A stretch of 64,000 nucleotides of DNA from Chiloscyllium plagiosum (taxonomy: Eukaryota): the NCBI RefSeq assembly GCF_004010195.1, contig NC_057719.1, forward strand, positions 27,649,458 to 27,713,457. The letters are read 5' to 3'. The notes below the pieces were generated by a model, which saw only the letters and a program-made list of their open reading frames with translations, made no database searches and was not told where the DNA came from. Made by a program: the position numbers and the translations under genes. Of this stretch, positions 1-12,974 are shown piece after piece (the stretch's first letter is position 1; every line of letters starts with the position of its first letter).

Positions 1-122
1 TGAAGGTGATTAAATGCAGCATTCCAGGATATGGTTTAAAGCCAGTCCCGGTTAGCAAACTACAGCTGCAACCTCACTGGGAGAAAGGAAGGAGAGCTCA
101 CCCTGCATAATAGGTACAGCAG

Positions 123-218
123 TCAGATCCAACTGCAAATTCCCTCCCCAAAGCCCAATTTGGAGAACACATCCCACGTGGAGGTGTGCGATATCCTGTC
201 AAAGGCCCTCTCTGGGTC
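123..218 (-). mobile_element. Inverted Tx1 RT segment abutting the 5' end of the Tx1 copy
   Basis: Minus strand reads DPERAFDRISHTSTWDVFSKLGFGEGICSWI, homologous to 369-456 on +. Confidence 0.85.
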
Positions 219-2150
219 AGGTCTGCTCTGGGATTGGTGAATCACCTCAATCAAACCTGTGCTGCACCAGGCAGGACAATCTTCAAGAGCCTCGCACTCC
301 TCAGGAATAGGATCGCCTCTGTGCAAGATGGGAGGAGGGTGGGTTGGGAGGCTTGCCTCATCAGCCTGGACCAAGAGAAGGCCTTTGACAGAATGTCACA
401 CACGTATATGTGGGGCGTGCTCTCCAAAGTGGGCTTTGGGGAAGAAATCTGGATCCAGCTGCACGACACCAACATCATTCATGCAGTCTCATCAATGGGT
501 GGGAATTAGAAAGCTTTCTGATCAGATGTGGAGTCAGGCAGGGCTGCTTACTTGCTCCTGCCTTGTTTGGGTGTGGTTTAGAGTCCTTGGCTAAGAGTAT
601 CAGGAAGAATGTGAGCCTGAGAGGGGCAACTATTCCAGACAGCAGAAGCCTGCAGGTCAATGCCTCCCTGTACATGGACGAGGTCACAGTTTTCTGCTCA
701 GATCTGTTGTCAGTTGCGCAGACTCATGAGCATCTGCAACCATTTCAATCTAGCCCCGACAGCTAAGGTAAATCAAGGCAAGAGTGATGCCATGTTCTTT
801 GGGAACTGGGCTGACTGATCCTTTCTCCCCTTCACCATCAGGACAGATGACCTGAAGATGCTGGGACATGCACAAAATCTTGGGAGGAGCACATAGCCAA
901 GGTGAGGCAGAAACTGGGCTTTTGGGAGCACTGCTTCCTTTCCACTGAGTAAAAACCTGCTCATTAGGTGTGAGGTACTCTCTCTGTTGCTGTCTATGGC
1001 AGAGGTCAGGCCCATTCCCAGAACCTGCACTTGAGCCATCATCCACTTCACCTGGAGACCTGAGATGGATCACGTCCACAGGGACACCATAGAAATAACT
1101 CTGGATAAGGCTGGGGAAGAAAATACCCAATTCTGCCCACATTCTGATGGCCAGCTTTGCATGTGGCTGCATCAAGTTGTGTGAAGACCCTCGGTTTGCA
1201 AACACGAAGTGTCACTACATACTGGGGTTCTACCTGTCCTCAGTGTTGCAAAGGATGGGACTGGCCTCGATGCTGCTGAACACTGCCGCTGAAAGTAGTT
1301 GGACCATTCCTTATTACCTATCCTTCATGGAGAAATTTGCAAATAAAAATACCTTTGACAACGGTCCATCAGGAAATGGTCAGCACATAGTATCCTCAAC
1401 ACCCTGTGGGAAAAGGAGAGGGTGGATCCTGTCATGTGGTTTCCTGAGCAGACTGTCAAAGTCATCTGGCAGAACGCCTCATCACCAGAACTTTCCAACA
1501 AGCACCAAGACATCACTTGGCTGTTGGTGAGGAGGGCACTACCTGTCAGATCCTTCTTGTAGGCCCGATTGGTCAGCATCAGCACATGCTGCCCTCAAAG
1601 CAGCTGGGGGTGTAGAGACTGTCACACATCTCCTTCTGGAATGTGCCTTTGCAAAGTAAGTCCGGAGAAAGATGCAGTGGTTTTTGTTGAAGTTCGTCCC
1701 GAGCAACTCCAGCAGTCAGGACTCTATGCTCCACTGTCTGTTTTTCTGGACGCACACCAAGACAAAAATTGACTGCCCCTGAAATAAAAACTCAGTGAAA
1801 GACATTCTTTAGTCTGCCCAAAACCTGTCTGTCTACCAGAACAAGGAGTTGACCTCGAACTAGTGTTGCAAACTGGAACATTTCAAGGCCCAGGACTTTG
1901 TGCTGAGGGACGCACTAAAGCTTGGGACAGTTGCTACTAAGGCGCAGTGGGGAAAGACTGCTGTCTGAGGTCTTTCAGCCAAAGTACAACGGTGCTCTGT
2001 TCAGTTATCGGACCATCCCGGAGCCTCAAATATATCTAAATAGAGTCTTGTATAAGAAAGAACTGATCTGTGTGCAGAATCACTCTAGTGACTATGTATG
2101 TATATGGTGTATCTTTTATGAATAAAGTATGTTTTTGAAATGAAAAAAAG
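214..2150 (+). mobile_element. 5'-truncated Tx1/L1-clade LINE, decayed ORF2 (RT plus C-terminal Cys/His motif)
   Basis: Frameshifted motifs QTCA.PGRTI, SLDQEKAFDR, GVRQGC and LYMDEV; Cys/His-rich end near 1585-1650; AATAAA at 2121 followed by an A-rich tail. Confidence 0.9.
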
Positions 2151-2479
2151 CAAGTGTTCCAGAGGCTCACAGTGACAACTGCACTGAAGAGTCATGGAGC
2201 ATGCAAGTGGGCCTGAAGCAGACCTCTCGGAAGGTAGCACGGAAAACTGTATTTAACACAAATCTTCCTAAGTCGAACATGTGATTATTTGTAACATACG
2301 GAAACCAGAATACATAATAATTGGTCGGACGACAATGTAATTATAGGAAGCTCTATCACCAATAATGTGTCCCCTCAATTGGAGAAACCTGTTGAGAGAG
2401 TCACCAAGACTTGGAGGTTAGTGATATCTCAAAGAAAATATGAAAGATTGTGGGATGAGTTAACAGAGCAGCAGGATGA

Positions 2480-2905
2480 TCCCATAAAAAAACAAAACTT
2501 GCAGTGAAGTCCATGTACAAGAGCTTGGTCCTGCACACATTAAGAAATATCACACTCCTGAAAACCCTCAAAGCAGAACCAATAAATTAATATCTAGCTT
2601 AGAAACCCTGAAGTTTCTCTAGATGTTCAGGCAGATGGGCTTGTTTTTAGCTTTTCAGAACATATAAGCGTCAGGCAGACTCAACTGAATTATTTGAAAT
2701 GATGACATGTGGACAGCTCACTAGAATTGTATGAGCCTGAGAGAATGAGAGGACGTGTGTACAAGTTATGTAATCACAGAACTAGATTAGATGTCAGGAG
2801 ATCTTTCTTTGTTCACAGAGGGTCATTGACCTCTGGAATAAATTTCTGGCTCGCTTAGTGGGAGCAGATTCACTGCAAATGTTCAGAAGGGAAACAAACT
2901 AATGT
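2480..2905 (+). mobile_element. Old CR1-type LINE 3' remnant
   Basis: Degenerate match to the CR1 ORF2 C-terminus (..RLDVRR.FF.QRVIDLWN..). Confidence 0.6.
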
Positions 2906-3254
2906 CCTGGAGGAAACTGATATCACTGCACACAAAAGCTAGGTGGAACATTAGGGATTCCACCTTTTACTCTTGGTTATGTCCTGGAATTTTTTTTGAT
3001 GTTTGCCTTGGGTGCGGTGGGCAACAGTCCAAACAAATCAAAAGTTCTGTTTACCGAGGACTTTACCCCATCTGCTTTCAGTTAATCTTCCAAAGGACTA
3101 TATAGGTGCAGCTGAGTGTCAAGGGGTCACGTTGCCTGGTAGATATAGCTTATTGAGTGAGGATGTTTCTATGTTTTCTGTATTTTTTTTGTGAGCAACC
3201 ATCATTGGCAACACCAGTAATTTTGCTGTCAGTTTACTGGTTTCGCTTCAAGAA

Positions 3255-3640
3255 CTCTCATTCATATGTGTAGCCCTTGTAGGAAGTCCTAAAGCACTTT
3301 ATAACAATTGATGAATACTGAAGTGTATTTACTGCTACTTTAAAAGAAAAGCACAGCAGCCTGTTTGCATACTTCACAGTGTCACAAAAGAAGTGAGATG
3401 AATGACCAGTTGTTACTATGCTGTTGATGAAGAGGTATTTTTTAGCAAGGAGCCAGAAACACTGCGCTGTTGTGTGAGTCATGCCACGGATTATTTTACA
3501 TCCCCCTGAGTAAGGCAGATAGGATAGTGGGTCAACAGCACTTCCAGCAAGGCAGCCCTAACTCACTCTAGAACAGGTTATACTCCCAAGTCGTCAACCT
3601 GCAATATGCATTTGTGAACAAGAATTCTATAACTGGTTGA
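3255..3640 (-). mobile_element. Degenerate Deu-domain SINE (SacSINE1-like)
   Basis: gccacggattattttacatccccctgagtaaggcagat and gtcctaaagcactttataacaattgatgaatactgaagtgt resemble the reverse complement of the Deu core and tail. Confidence 0.6.
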
Positions 3641-3717
3641 GGCTGGCACTTAACAAATTATAGAGGAAGATGGTAAGAGAAAATCTCTCGGCTTTCTGTT
3701 CCAGAGCACCACTGAAG

Positions 3718-5613
3718 TGGGCAGCACAGTGGCTCAGTGGTTAGCACTGCTGCCTCACAGCGCCAGGTTCGATTCCAGTCTCGGGTGACTGTCTGTCTGT
3801 GTGGAGTTTGCACATTCTCCCGGTGTCTGCGTGGGTTTCCTCCGGGTGCTCCGGTTTCCTCTCACAGTCCAAAGATGTGCTGGTTAGGTGAATCGGCCAT
3901 GCTAAATTGCTCATTGTGTTAGGTCAATTAGTCAGAGGGAAATGGGTCTGGGTAGGTTACTCTTCAGAGCTGGAAATGTGTTGCTGGAAAAGCGCAGCAG
4001 GTCAGGCAGCATCCAGGGAACAGGAGAATCGACGTTTCGGGCATAAGCCCTTCTTCAGGAATGAGGAAAGTTTGTCCGCACCTCCACACACATCATCTAT
4101 TGCATCCTCTGCACCCGATGTGGCCTCCNNNNNNNNNNNNNNNNNNNNNNNNNNNNNNNNNNNNNNNNNNNNNNNNNNNNNNNNNNNNNNNNNNNNNNNN
4201 NNNNNNNNNNNNNNNNNNNNNNNNNNNNNNNNNNNNNNNNNNNNNNNNNNNNNNNNNNNNNNNNNNNNNNNNNNNNNNNNNNNNNNNNNNNNNNNNNNNN
4301 NNNNNNNNNNNNNNNNNNNNNNNNNNNNNNNNNNNNNNNNNNNNNNNNNNNNNNNNNNNNNNNNNNNNNNNNNNNNNNNNNNNNNNNNNNNNNNNNNNNN
4401 NNNNNNNNNNNNNNNNNNNNNNNNNNNNNNNNNNNNNNNNNNNNNNNNNNNNNNNNNNNNNNNNNNNNNNNNNNNNNNNNNNNNNNNNNNNNNNNNNNNN
4501 NNNNNNNNNNNNNNNNNNNNNNNNNNNNNNNNNNNNNNNNNNNNNNNNNNNNNNNNNNNNNNNNNNNNNNNNNNNNNNNNNNNNNNNNNNNNNNNNNNNN
4601 NNNNNNNNNNNNNNNNNNNNNNNNNNNNNNNNNNNNNNNNNNNNNNNNNNNNNNNNNNNNNNNNNNNNNNNNNNNNNNNNNNNNNNNNNNNNNNNNNNNN
4701 NNNNNNNNNNNNNNNNNNNNNNNNNNNNNNNNNNNNNNNNNNNNNNNNNNNNNNNNNNNNNNNNNNNNNNNNNNNNNNNNNNNNNNNNNNNNNNNNNNNN
4801 NNNNNNNNNNNNNNNNNNNNNNNNNNNNNNNNNNNNNNNNNNNNNNNNNNNNNNNNNNNNNNNNNNNNNNNNNNNNNNNNNNNNNNNNNNNNNNNNNNNN
4901 NNNNNNNNNNNNNNNNNNNNNNNNNNNNNNNNNNNNNNNNNNNNNNNNNNNNNNNNNNNNNNNNNNNNNNNNNNNNNNNNNNNNNNNNNNNNNNNNNNNN
5001 NNNNNNNNNNNNNNNNNNNGTGTCCCAGAGGTGTTCTCTGAAGTGCTCCGCAAGTAGGCGGCCTGTCTCCCCAATATAGAGGAGGCCACATCGGGTGCAG
5101 AGGATGCAATAGATGATGTGTGTGGAGGTGCAGGTGAATCTGTGGCGGATATGGAAGTTTCCTTTGGGGCCTTGGAGGGAGTTGAGGGGGGAGGTGTGGG
5201 CGCAAGTCTTGTACCTCCTGCGGTTGCAGGGGAGGGTGCCGGGAGTGGAGGTTGGGTTGGTGGGGGGTGTGGATGTGACGAGGGAGTCACGGAGGGAGTG
5301 GTCTTTACGGAATGCTGTTAGGGGAGGGGAGGGAAATATATCCTTGGTGTTGGGGTCCGTTTAGACCAAACGGACCCCACCACCAAGGATATATTTCCCT
5401 CCCCTCCCCTATCAGCATTCCGTAAAGACCACTCCCTCCGTGACTCCCTCGTCAGATCCACACCCCCCACCAACCCAACCTCCACTCCCGGCACCTTCCC
5501 CTGCAACCGCAGGAGGTGCAAGACTTGCGCCCACACCTCCCCCCTCACGGTCGGTGTGGACTGGTTGGGCCGATGGGACTGTTTCCACACTGTAGGGAAT
5601 CTAATATAATCTA
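3718..5613 (+). mobile_element. HE1-type tRNA-derived V-SINE split by a Penelope-like insertion (parts 3718-3969 and 5549-5613)
   Basis: A-box tggctcagtgg, B-box ggttcgattcc and V-core ggagtttgcacattctccc; the body resumes at ggtcggtgtggact and ends in an ATCTA tail. Confidence 0.9.
3970..5548. mobile_element. Rearranged Penelope-like element (GIY-YIG end plus terminal arm), contains gap 4129-5019
   Basis: Minus strand 5020-5140 encodes FTCTSTHIIYCILCTRCGLLYIGETGRLLAEHFREH (GIY-YIG); hammerhead core CTGAAGA-agggc-ttat-gccc-GAAA-cgtc on - near 4030-4060. Confidence 0.85.
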
Positions 5614-7274
5614 TTTAGCTTGTGAACCACGTAGTTTCCATGATTGAAATACTTGCTAAAGAGAAAATAATTTACATTTCATTCCCTCAAGCTTTTATTA
5701 TTTGCGCTTAAGTCTCAGCCTCTATTTTATTGCTTGATAGCCCTTATATGGTCTTGGTTATCAAATGGTCTATTTTCCTGAATATAATGTGTGCATTATA
5801 CCACAGTTTCAATACATAAAGTCAACATAGGTTCATAAATGTAAAACATAACACTTTGAACTGTACCTAATTTCAACCTGGTGTACAAGTCTCAGTAAAA
5901 AGAACACATGTTAAATTATGTTGATTTAATTCTTGGCATTTACCTCAAACATATTCCAATTAAGCAGTTCTTAAAACTCTGGTTCAATCAAAATCAGCAA
6001 TTTCAATCAACTAATCAAAACTAGTTTCTTACTACTTCTGGAATCTGCTCTGCTCTTACGGCAGTTTAAGGCAATATGGGGTTGGGGGGTTGCTTCACAA
6101 GTCACATATCACAAAAACATGGAATGGAATCTACAAACAGTATCAATGTATTATGGGTAAAAGAGTAACAAGGTTCTGTCCAGTTCTCAGACACCTTGTT
6201 ACCTCAAAATGTAAATATTAGTTTGAAAAAAGGGATTTGTATTGTGGGTACAACATCACTCTTCACTTGGAAAGGTAACAAAAGGCAAGGTTGCTATATT
6301 CTGAACAGTGTGCAGGTAGGGCTTCCATTAAGGCTTACCATCACCAGCACATCACACAAATGACAGGCTAGCTGACCAGTACAGTCTGTCCTACATAACT
6401 GTGGGGCAAAACAGCACAATGACCCTCAATGTCTCATACCCATTAACAACAATGTAATCTCCGAGAAACAATAAAACCTAAAGCTAATTCAGGGGAAAAC
6501 AATTCCTCAAAATGTGAGGAGAATAAATTCCAATTGACACGATATCCATGAGACATATAGAACCCAATACACCTCCCCCCCACCCCGACTAATTGTACAC
6601 TACAATACTGCTTTCAGCTGGAAATTCATTCATGTTTTACACTTACATTCAAATAATCTGCCTCTGTATCATGTTATGGGGTAAAAATTAAATATTAGTT
6701 CAACAGAAGGCCTAACTAAAACTTCATACAAGGGTATTTGGCACATTTTGTTGTATATTGCGACATTTGAATATAACCCTAAATTTCCATTTATTTTTGC
6801 TGAGCGTTATGGGCCTGCCTTTTAGAAATCCATATACAATAAAATAAATAAGCCTCTCTTCTATATCTTAGACCAGAATCCGACATGTAAACAAGATTAG
6901 CACTTGCTCAGTCCATGTGTGCAAAATTAATTTATCCATGTTAAATGACATATGCCAGATTTGAGCCAAATATCCTCTGATTCTCTTTATATCTAAAAAA
7001 TGGCTTTTATTAGTTATTAGTACAATTATCCGTCATCATACTCTGCAATGACTTTTATAGATGCTCTGTTATCAGTTTCCATTGGCTTTTGTTCAACTCA
7101 ATTCCCATTTCTGCTGTCCTGAAAGTTACTTCCTTTTCATTTGTGAAAATATCCTTCTTTAACCCAAAGTTGTCCTTTCACATGACAGTTAAAAATTTTG
7201 GTTTTGCTAACCTCCTGCTCCTCAATGTGTTGTTTCTTTGACTCAAAGGACATGCATGGTTTCCTTTTGCATTT

Positions 7275-8310
7275 TTACTGTTTCAAAAATATTTTTTATT
7301 AATAAAATCATCTAAGTACATAAAAATGATCTAAATCATATCTGTATCATGCAGAAAATGATTTATGTTCATTTGGAGGCACTGAGGGGGCCTAGTAACT
7401 GAACAGGCCCTTATTATACCCCCCTCCCCCCACCTTACCTCAGTTCCAACCTTCCAGCCCAGCACTGTCCACATGACCTGTCCTACCTAGCAATCTCCCT
7501 TCCCAACTATCCACGCCTGACTTGCTGTGCTTTTCCAGCACCACTCTGATCTAAACTCTGGTTTCCAGCATCTGCAGTCCTCACGTTTGCCTTATTATAC
7601 TTTGGCAGCAAGTCTTCAGATGGTGGTCTTCCCCACTGTAACTTGGCGGCAGCTACCCCAGGCTTTACTGCATCCCTCAGTGCCTAATACTGAACCTCAA
7701 GAGTTCACTGGGGAAATGCAACATTCCCACAGTCACCTGTGAATCACCGGCCCAAGACTATCCAAAGTGGAGGAGGAGCATCCGGGAAGGCACTGAGCAC
7801 CTTGACACTTGCCAGGCTCGGTCAGACATGGCAGTGAGGTGAAAACAGTGAAAGGAGCACACTGCTACACCAACACAGCACCCCCCCATCCCTTTCCATG
7901 GCCACCAATTGGCCCAAGTGTAACAAAGTCTGTGGAAGCCGTATCAATCTGTACAACTACCTACGGACTCACCCTGAAAGTGAAAGATAGTCATCTTGAT
8001 CTGTGAGAGATTGCCAATGATGGTGATGATGACGAAAAATCCAGGACCTTGAAATACACCAGTCTGCAACATTCGATCAAGGTCAACTCTTTATACTGGA
8101 AGACCAACAACTTCAGACAGACCAAAGAGCATCTTTCATCGCATTGATGATCTTCCAGCCTCAGTCGATGTTTGTTTTGGTGTACATCCTGGAAAACAGC
8201 TTGGAGATCATCAGGTCCTACGTCACGGAGTTGTTCGGGGTGAACTTTGACAAAAACCACTGCCTCTCTCTCCAGACTTCCTTTACATTCTAGGAGGATT
8301 CATGCGACTG
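7275..8310 (-). mobile_element. Fragmented Tx1 3' end, interrupted by a Penelope fragment (about 7420-7592) and other sequence
   Basis: Segments 7281-7410, 7600-7680 and 8035-8310 resemble the reverse complement of 1650-2140. Confidence 0.75.
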
Positions 8311-8444
8311 GATAACGTGGATCAATTCCCAAACCCTGGAAATTTCCTCTCAGAGGCCAGCAACCAACAATGAAATTCAACATGGTCTCCAGTATCTCAG
8401 GCTCTGACGGTTGCCAAGAAAGTGCCTCACAGCAAAGATCTCAT

Positions 8445-9155
8445 AAACATCTCCTTTGTGTGGAGCTACAGGAGATGGGAGAGATACTAAACAAATATTT
8501 TGCATCAGTATTTACTAGGAAGAAGAACAGGTAAGATATTGAGTGTGGAGGAATAGATGGTGACATCTTGAAAAATGTCCATATTACAGAGGAGGAAGTG
8601 CTGGATGTCTTGAAATGCATAAAGGTGGATAAGTCCGCAGGGCCTGATCAGGTGTACCCTAGATCTCTCTGGAAAGCTAGAGAAGTGATTCCTGAGCCTC
8701 TTGTTGAGATATTTATATCATCGATAGTCACAGGTGACGTGCTGGAAGACTGGAGGTTGGCTAACATGGTGCCATTATTTAAGAAAGGTGGTAAGGACAA
8801 GCCAGGGAACTGGTGAGCCAGACAGAGGGAATCCTGAAGAACAAGATTTACATGTATTTAGAAAGGCAAGGACTGATTAGGGATAGTCAACATGGCTTTG
8901 TGCGTGGGAAATCATGTCTCACAAACTTGATTGAATTTTTTAAAGTAGTGACGAAGGGGATTAATGAGGGCAGATTGGTGGACGTGACGTATATGGACTT
9001 CAGTAAGACGTTTGACAGGGTTCCTCATGGGAGACTGATTAGCAAGGTTAGATCTATGGAGTACAGGGAGAACTAGCCATTTGGATGCAGAACTGGCTTG
9101 AAAGTAAAAGACACAGGATGGTGGTGGAGGGTTGCTTTTCTGACTGGAGGCCTGA
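8445..9155 (+). mobile_element. CR1 LINE RT fragment
   Basis: KSAGPDQVYPR, WRLANMVPLFKKG, SQHGFVRGKSCLTNL, YMDFSKTFD. Confidence 0.92.
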
Positions 9156-9242
9156 ATAGTTTGTAAATTTCTACAATAAGTGATAGTAAAAGAGATTGTT
9201 TAAACATATTTAGGTAATAGTCTGAGAATGCAAAGAAGAACA

Positions 9243-9445
9243 GGAGTGTGTTGCTGGGAAAGCACAGCAGGTCAGGTAGCATCCGAGGAGCAGGGGAAAT
9301 CGGTGTTTCGGGCATTAACCCTTAATCAGGAAGGGCTTATGCCTGAAACGTCAATTCTCCTGCTCCTCAGATGCTGCCTGACCTGCTGTGCTTTCCCAGC
9401 AACACACTCTCAACTCTGATCTCCAGCATCATCACTTTCTCCTGG
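9243..9445. mobile_element. Palindromic Penelope-terminus mini-element (family A)
   Basis: Inverted arms spanning 9245-9409 plus a tail; flanking direct repeat aaagaagaaca at 9232-9242 and 9446-9456. Confidence 0.8.
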
Positions 9446-9479
9446 AAAGAAGAACAAGCCCATCAGTAATAATTGCTGT

Positions 9480-9810
9480 AGAGTGAACAGAAGTAGACAG
9501 GCAAGAGGCTGGAAGAACACAGCAATCCTGGCAGAATCTAGAGATGGAGAAGTTGAAGTTTCAGGTGTAACCCTTCTTCAGGACTGGGGGTGGGGGTAGG
9601 AGGAGCTGCAGATAAACGAGGAGGCGGAGCAGGGTTGTGAAATGGGGATAGGTGAAGACAGGTAGAGGGTACGACCCCATTGGTCAAAGGAAGGAATGAA
9701 TCTGGTTGGTGGCAGGGAGCAGAGGAAAGGATGGGGAGGGACTGGGAAGGGAGTCAGGGGATGGGGAGGGATGTTATTTGAATTTGGAGAACTCAATATT
9801 GAGTCCTTCA
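9480..9810 (-). mobile_element. Penelope-like 3' terminal fragment
   Basis: Minus-strand CTGAAGA-agggt-taca-cct-GAAA core; purine-rich spacer like the other PLE copies. Confidence 0.65.
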
Positions 9811-10579
9811 AACAGAAAGTAGTTAGTTTATTGATCTAGCAATGGCAGATTTGATTATTATCTCTATAAAAGCAATAGAAGGCTATATTTCAATTTTTCT
9901 AGAAAGGTCTCGTAAATAAGAGTATTACAAATTGCCAGGCAACCAAGAAAGCAGACTGTTCCCTAGACAACAGGAAAAACTTAGCAAGCACTTCAATAAT
10001 CACTAATGCATACATTAAATAACCTTTTCCAACCAACCTAACCTGTTTCACATGGTTGCTATAGGTTTCAGTCTAACCTCCCACCATAGACATACTTTAC
10101 CCAAAATTTAAAGTGCATTAAACCAGCTTCAGAAGTGTTTTCTTTTGTGACAGGATATGGTTCTCTTGTACAGTGAAATGGAACAGTGGGACCACTGTTC
10201 GAACTCTAACCATGTGGTATGATAAAGATCATCTCTCTTCACTAAATGTAACTTTCCAACTGAAGTCAGTTTTTACAGGCTCGGCCCAGTTCAGAATGTG
10301 TGGGTCCAAATGAAAGATTATCCAAGACTAAAGACAAATTGCTGCAAGATAAAGGTTAAAGCAGAGCACTGCGCAACTAAAGCTCCCTCTACTGTCACCC
10401 CCAGGAATGTGCTGTTGCTGAGACATTGTAAGTCTGCTCCCTATTTAATCTATTATAAAATCCCATCACATTCCTCACCAGCTAATTCTGTGCTTTCCCA
10501 ACAGCACCTACCCATTAGTGCCACATTTACTCAATGTAAAGCAAAAACCTTGACTTACTGGTATCACGTTTACATTTTA

Positions 10580-11020
10580 ACTTAGTTCAGGCCCAGAGCA
10601 TGTGGCCTATACTGACACTTTGGAACAATACTGACTGTACTGCTAGGGGTAATCATCTTTCAGATAAATTTTTAACGCAATGCCTTATCTGCCCCTTCAG
10701 GTGGATGTAAAAGATGCTATGAAGAACAGTTAGGAAATATCTCCCAGTTTCCTGGCCAGCACACCCATAATCAGATCAGCTAATGATCTTAAATGAGATG
10801 GGAAACAGGCTTGATGGACCAAATGGTCTACTTCTGCTCCTATGTTTTCATTTATCCATTAACCAAAACCTCACAAAACCAGATCAATTGCTTATTCTTC
10901 TCATTGTCAGTTAGCAATTTGGGTAAAAACACCAATTGACTGTAGCATTAATTCAAAATGATTTCACCAGTAATAAACTCCTTTTGATGGGCCAGTACAA
11001 ATGTTACTGCATGAATAAAA
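10580..11020 (+). mobile_element. Degenerate Deu-domain SINE with an inserted CR1 tail (about 10770-10850)
   Basis: tctgccccttcaggtggatgtaaaagat resembles the Deu core. Confidence 0.6.
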
Positions 11021-11289
11021 ATTCTTAGTTTGAACTCACAAAGGCAGAAATGACTCTTTTATCTGCATTTATGTCTACCTAAAGATATTGCCTCTAAAAA
11101 TCTCCTCACAGGAGAAAAAAAGACTTTCACTCCAAAGGTCTGTCCTGTGTATGAACCAAGTTCAAAGGCAGGTACAAAAACTTCCTCACAAACCAATTGT
11201 CCAGACTCGTGTTTCCTTTAATGAAACATTGGAAAAACTCAAGCCAATGCCTTCAGTCCCCGTGATCCCTAGTCACTGGCTGCTTCTCT

Positions 11290-11850
11290 CTCTCTGCATA
11301 CTCTCAAAGGCAAATGGAGCTGAGAATCTGACCCCCATATACTCTCCAACGACCAGGACTGCCTGTTCCCACCTCATGACATCACCTGTTTTTACCCACA
11401 CCCAAGCCCGTCTGCTACCAAAACTTCCATGCCTTTGTTACCTCTAACCTGGATTATTCCAACACTCCTGTGGCCAGCCTCCCAGTTCGTCATTGCATCC
11501 CCCATCAATCTAAGTTAATCTGAAATTCCGCTGCTTATTTCCCAACTGATCGTAGTCATCCATTACAACTGTGCTCTCTGATCTGCAATGGCTTCCAGTC
11601 CAGTGCCTGAATTTTCCAATTTCTATTTTCCTTGTTTTCAAACCCATCCATGATCTCTCTTCTCCCAATCTCTGTAACCTCGCAGGCCTTCTTTCCATTC
11701 TGACTCCTTCAGCATCAGCACCCCAGCAGTGGGCACCATGGCTTCAATTGGATAGGCCTTTAAACTCGGGAATACACTCCCCACCTCATTCTTCTCCTTT
11801 GAAACACTCCTTGAAATTACCTCTTTGACTAAGCTTTCGGTCATCTAACC
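11290..11850 (+). mobile_element. L2 LINE 3' remnant
   Basis: HAFVTSNLDYSN and VLSDLQWLPV motifs; ends like L2 with ..FETLLEITSL.. Confidence 0.75.
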
Positions 11851-12371
11851 TAATAAAGAAAAGTCACATTTCATTGATTAAATTTCTAATGGAGAACCTG
11901 GGAACATTCCTGCAAAGTAATAGGCACTATTGAATGAAAGTTGTTGCTGGAAAAGCTGGAGTAGTTTGCTAGAAGGAACAAACTGTGGAGCATGTGTTGT
12001 ATTTCGACAACTAAAATGCCAATAAATGAAATAGATTCCAAACAATTTAATTTTATTTTAGGGTAGTTGAAATGATTCACAGAACCTTGTGAGAATTCAT
12101 TACTGTCTATTCTGACTCCCACTATTGGATTTGTGGATATGATTTCAGCTGGCACTGTCAGCGTAGCACTGACAGAATGCATCACTAAAGCTCTGGCATC
12201 TGGGCAGATGGACGATGAAGTCCCATGGCGTCTCTAATGGAAACTGCGGGACGCTCTCCTGCTTTCCTCGCCAAAATTCCTCCCTCCATTTGCAACATAT
12301 CCAAAGGTTAGCATGAGGGTGCTCCATAAATGCAAGATGTTTTTGCCTCTGATCTTTGTCCCACAGAAATG

Positions 12372-12687
12372 TTAGATTAGATTAGATTACTTACAATGTG
12401 GAAACAGGCCCTTCGGCCCAACAAGTCCACACCGACCCGCCGAAGAGCAACCCACCCAGATACATTCCCATACATTTACCCCTTCACCTAACACTACAGG
12501 CAATTTAGCTTGGCCAATTCACCTAACCTGCACAGTTTTGGACTGTGGGAGGAAACCGGAGCACCTGGAGGAAACCCACGCAGACACGGGGAGAATGTGC
12601 AAACTCCACACAGACAGTTGCCCGAGGCGGGAATTGAACCCGGGTCTCTGGCGCTGTGAGGCAACAGTGCTAACCACTGTGCCACCC
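12372..12687 (-). mobile_element. HE1-type SINE, near full length
   Basis: Pol III A and B boxes, V-core and (ATCTA)n tail on -. Confidence 0.95.
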
Positions 12688-12974
12688 ACTGTTATGGTAC
12701 AGAAGGAGCTCACTCAGCCCATTGTACCAGCACCAAATGAGCATCATGACTCAGGGGGCAGTCTCCTCCTTCTCCCCCATACCCTTGCACTCTTTATACA
12801 TTATCTCAAATAGTTATTGTCACAGTCAAGGTCTTAAGAGCCCAAGTTGGGGAAATCCTGGATATTTTCCTTCTGCAATTCCAGAAAGAATAAATTTTAT
12901 TTTATCTTATTCCTTATTTTTATTTCACAATCAAATTTCGCCAGTGTATCGAGTCAGATAAATTAACTTCAAAT

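Noticed and set aside
3718..3790. tRNA gene
   Set aside because: This is the tRNA-derived head of an HE1 SINE; the same holds for the other copies
3907..5290. Long ORFs of 326-397 aa in the ORF track
   Set aside because: Artefacts of reading through N runs; the same applies to ORFs over the gaps near 16.2, 31 and 59.5 kb
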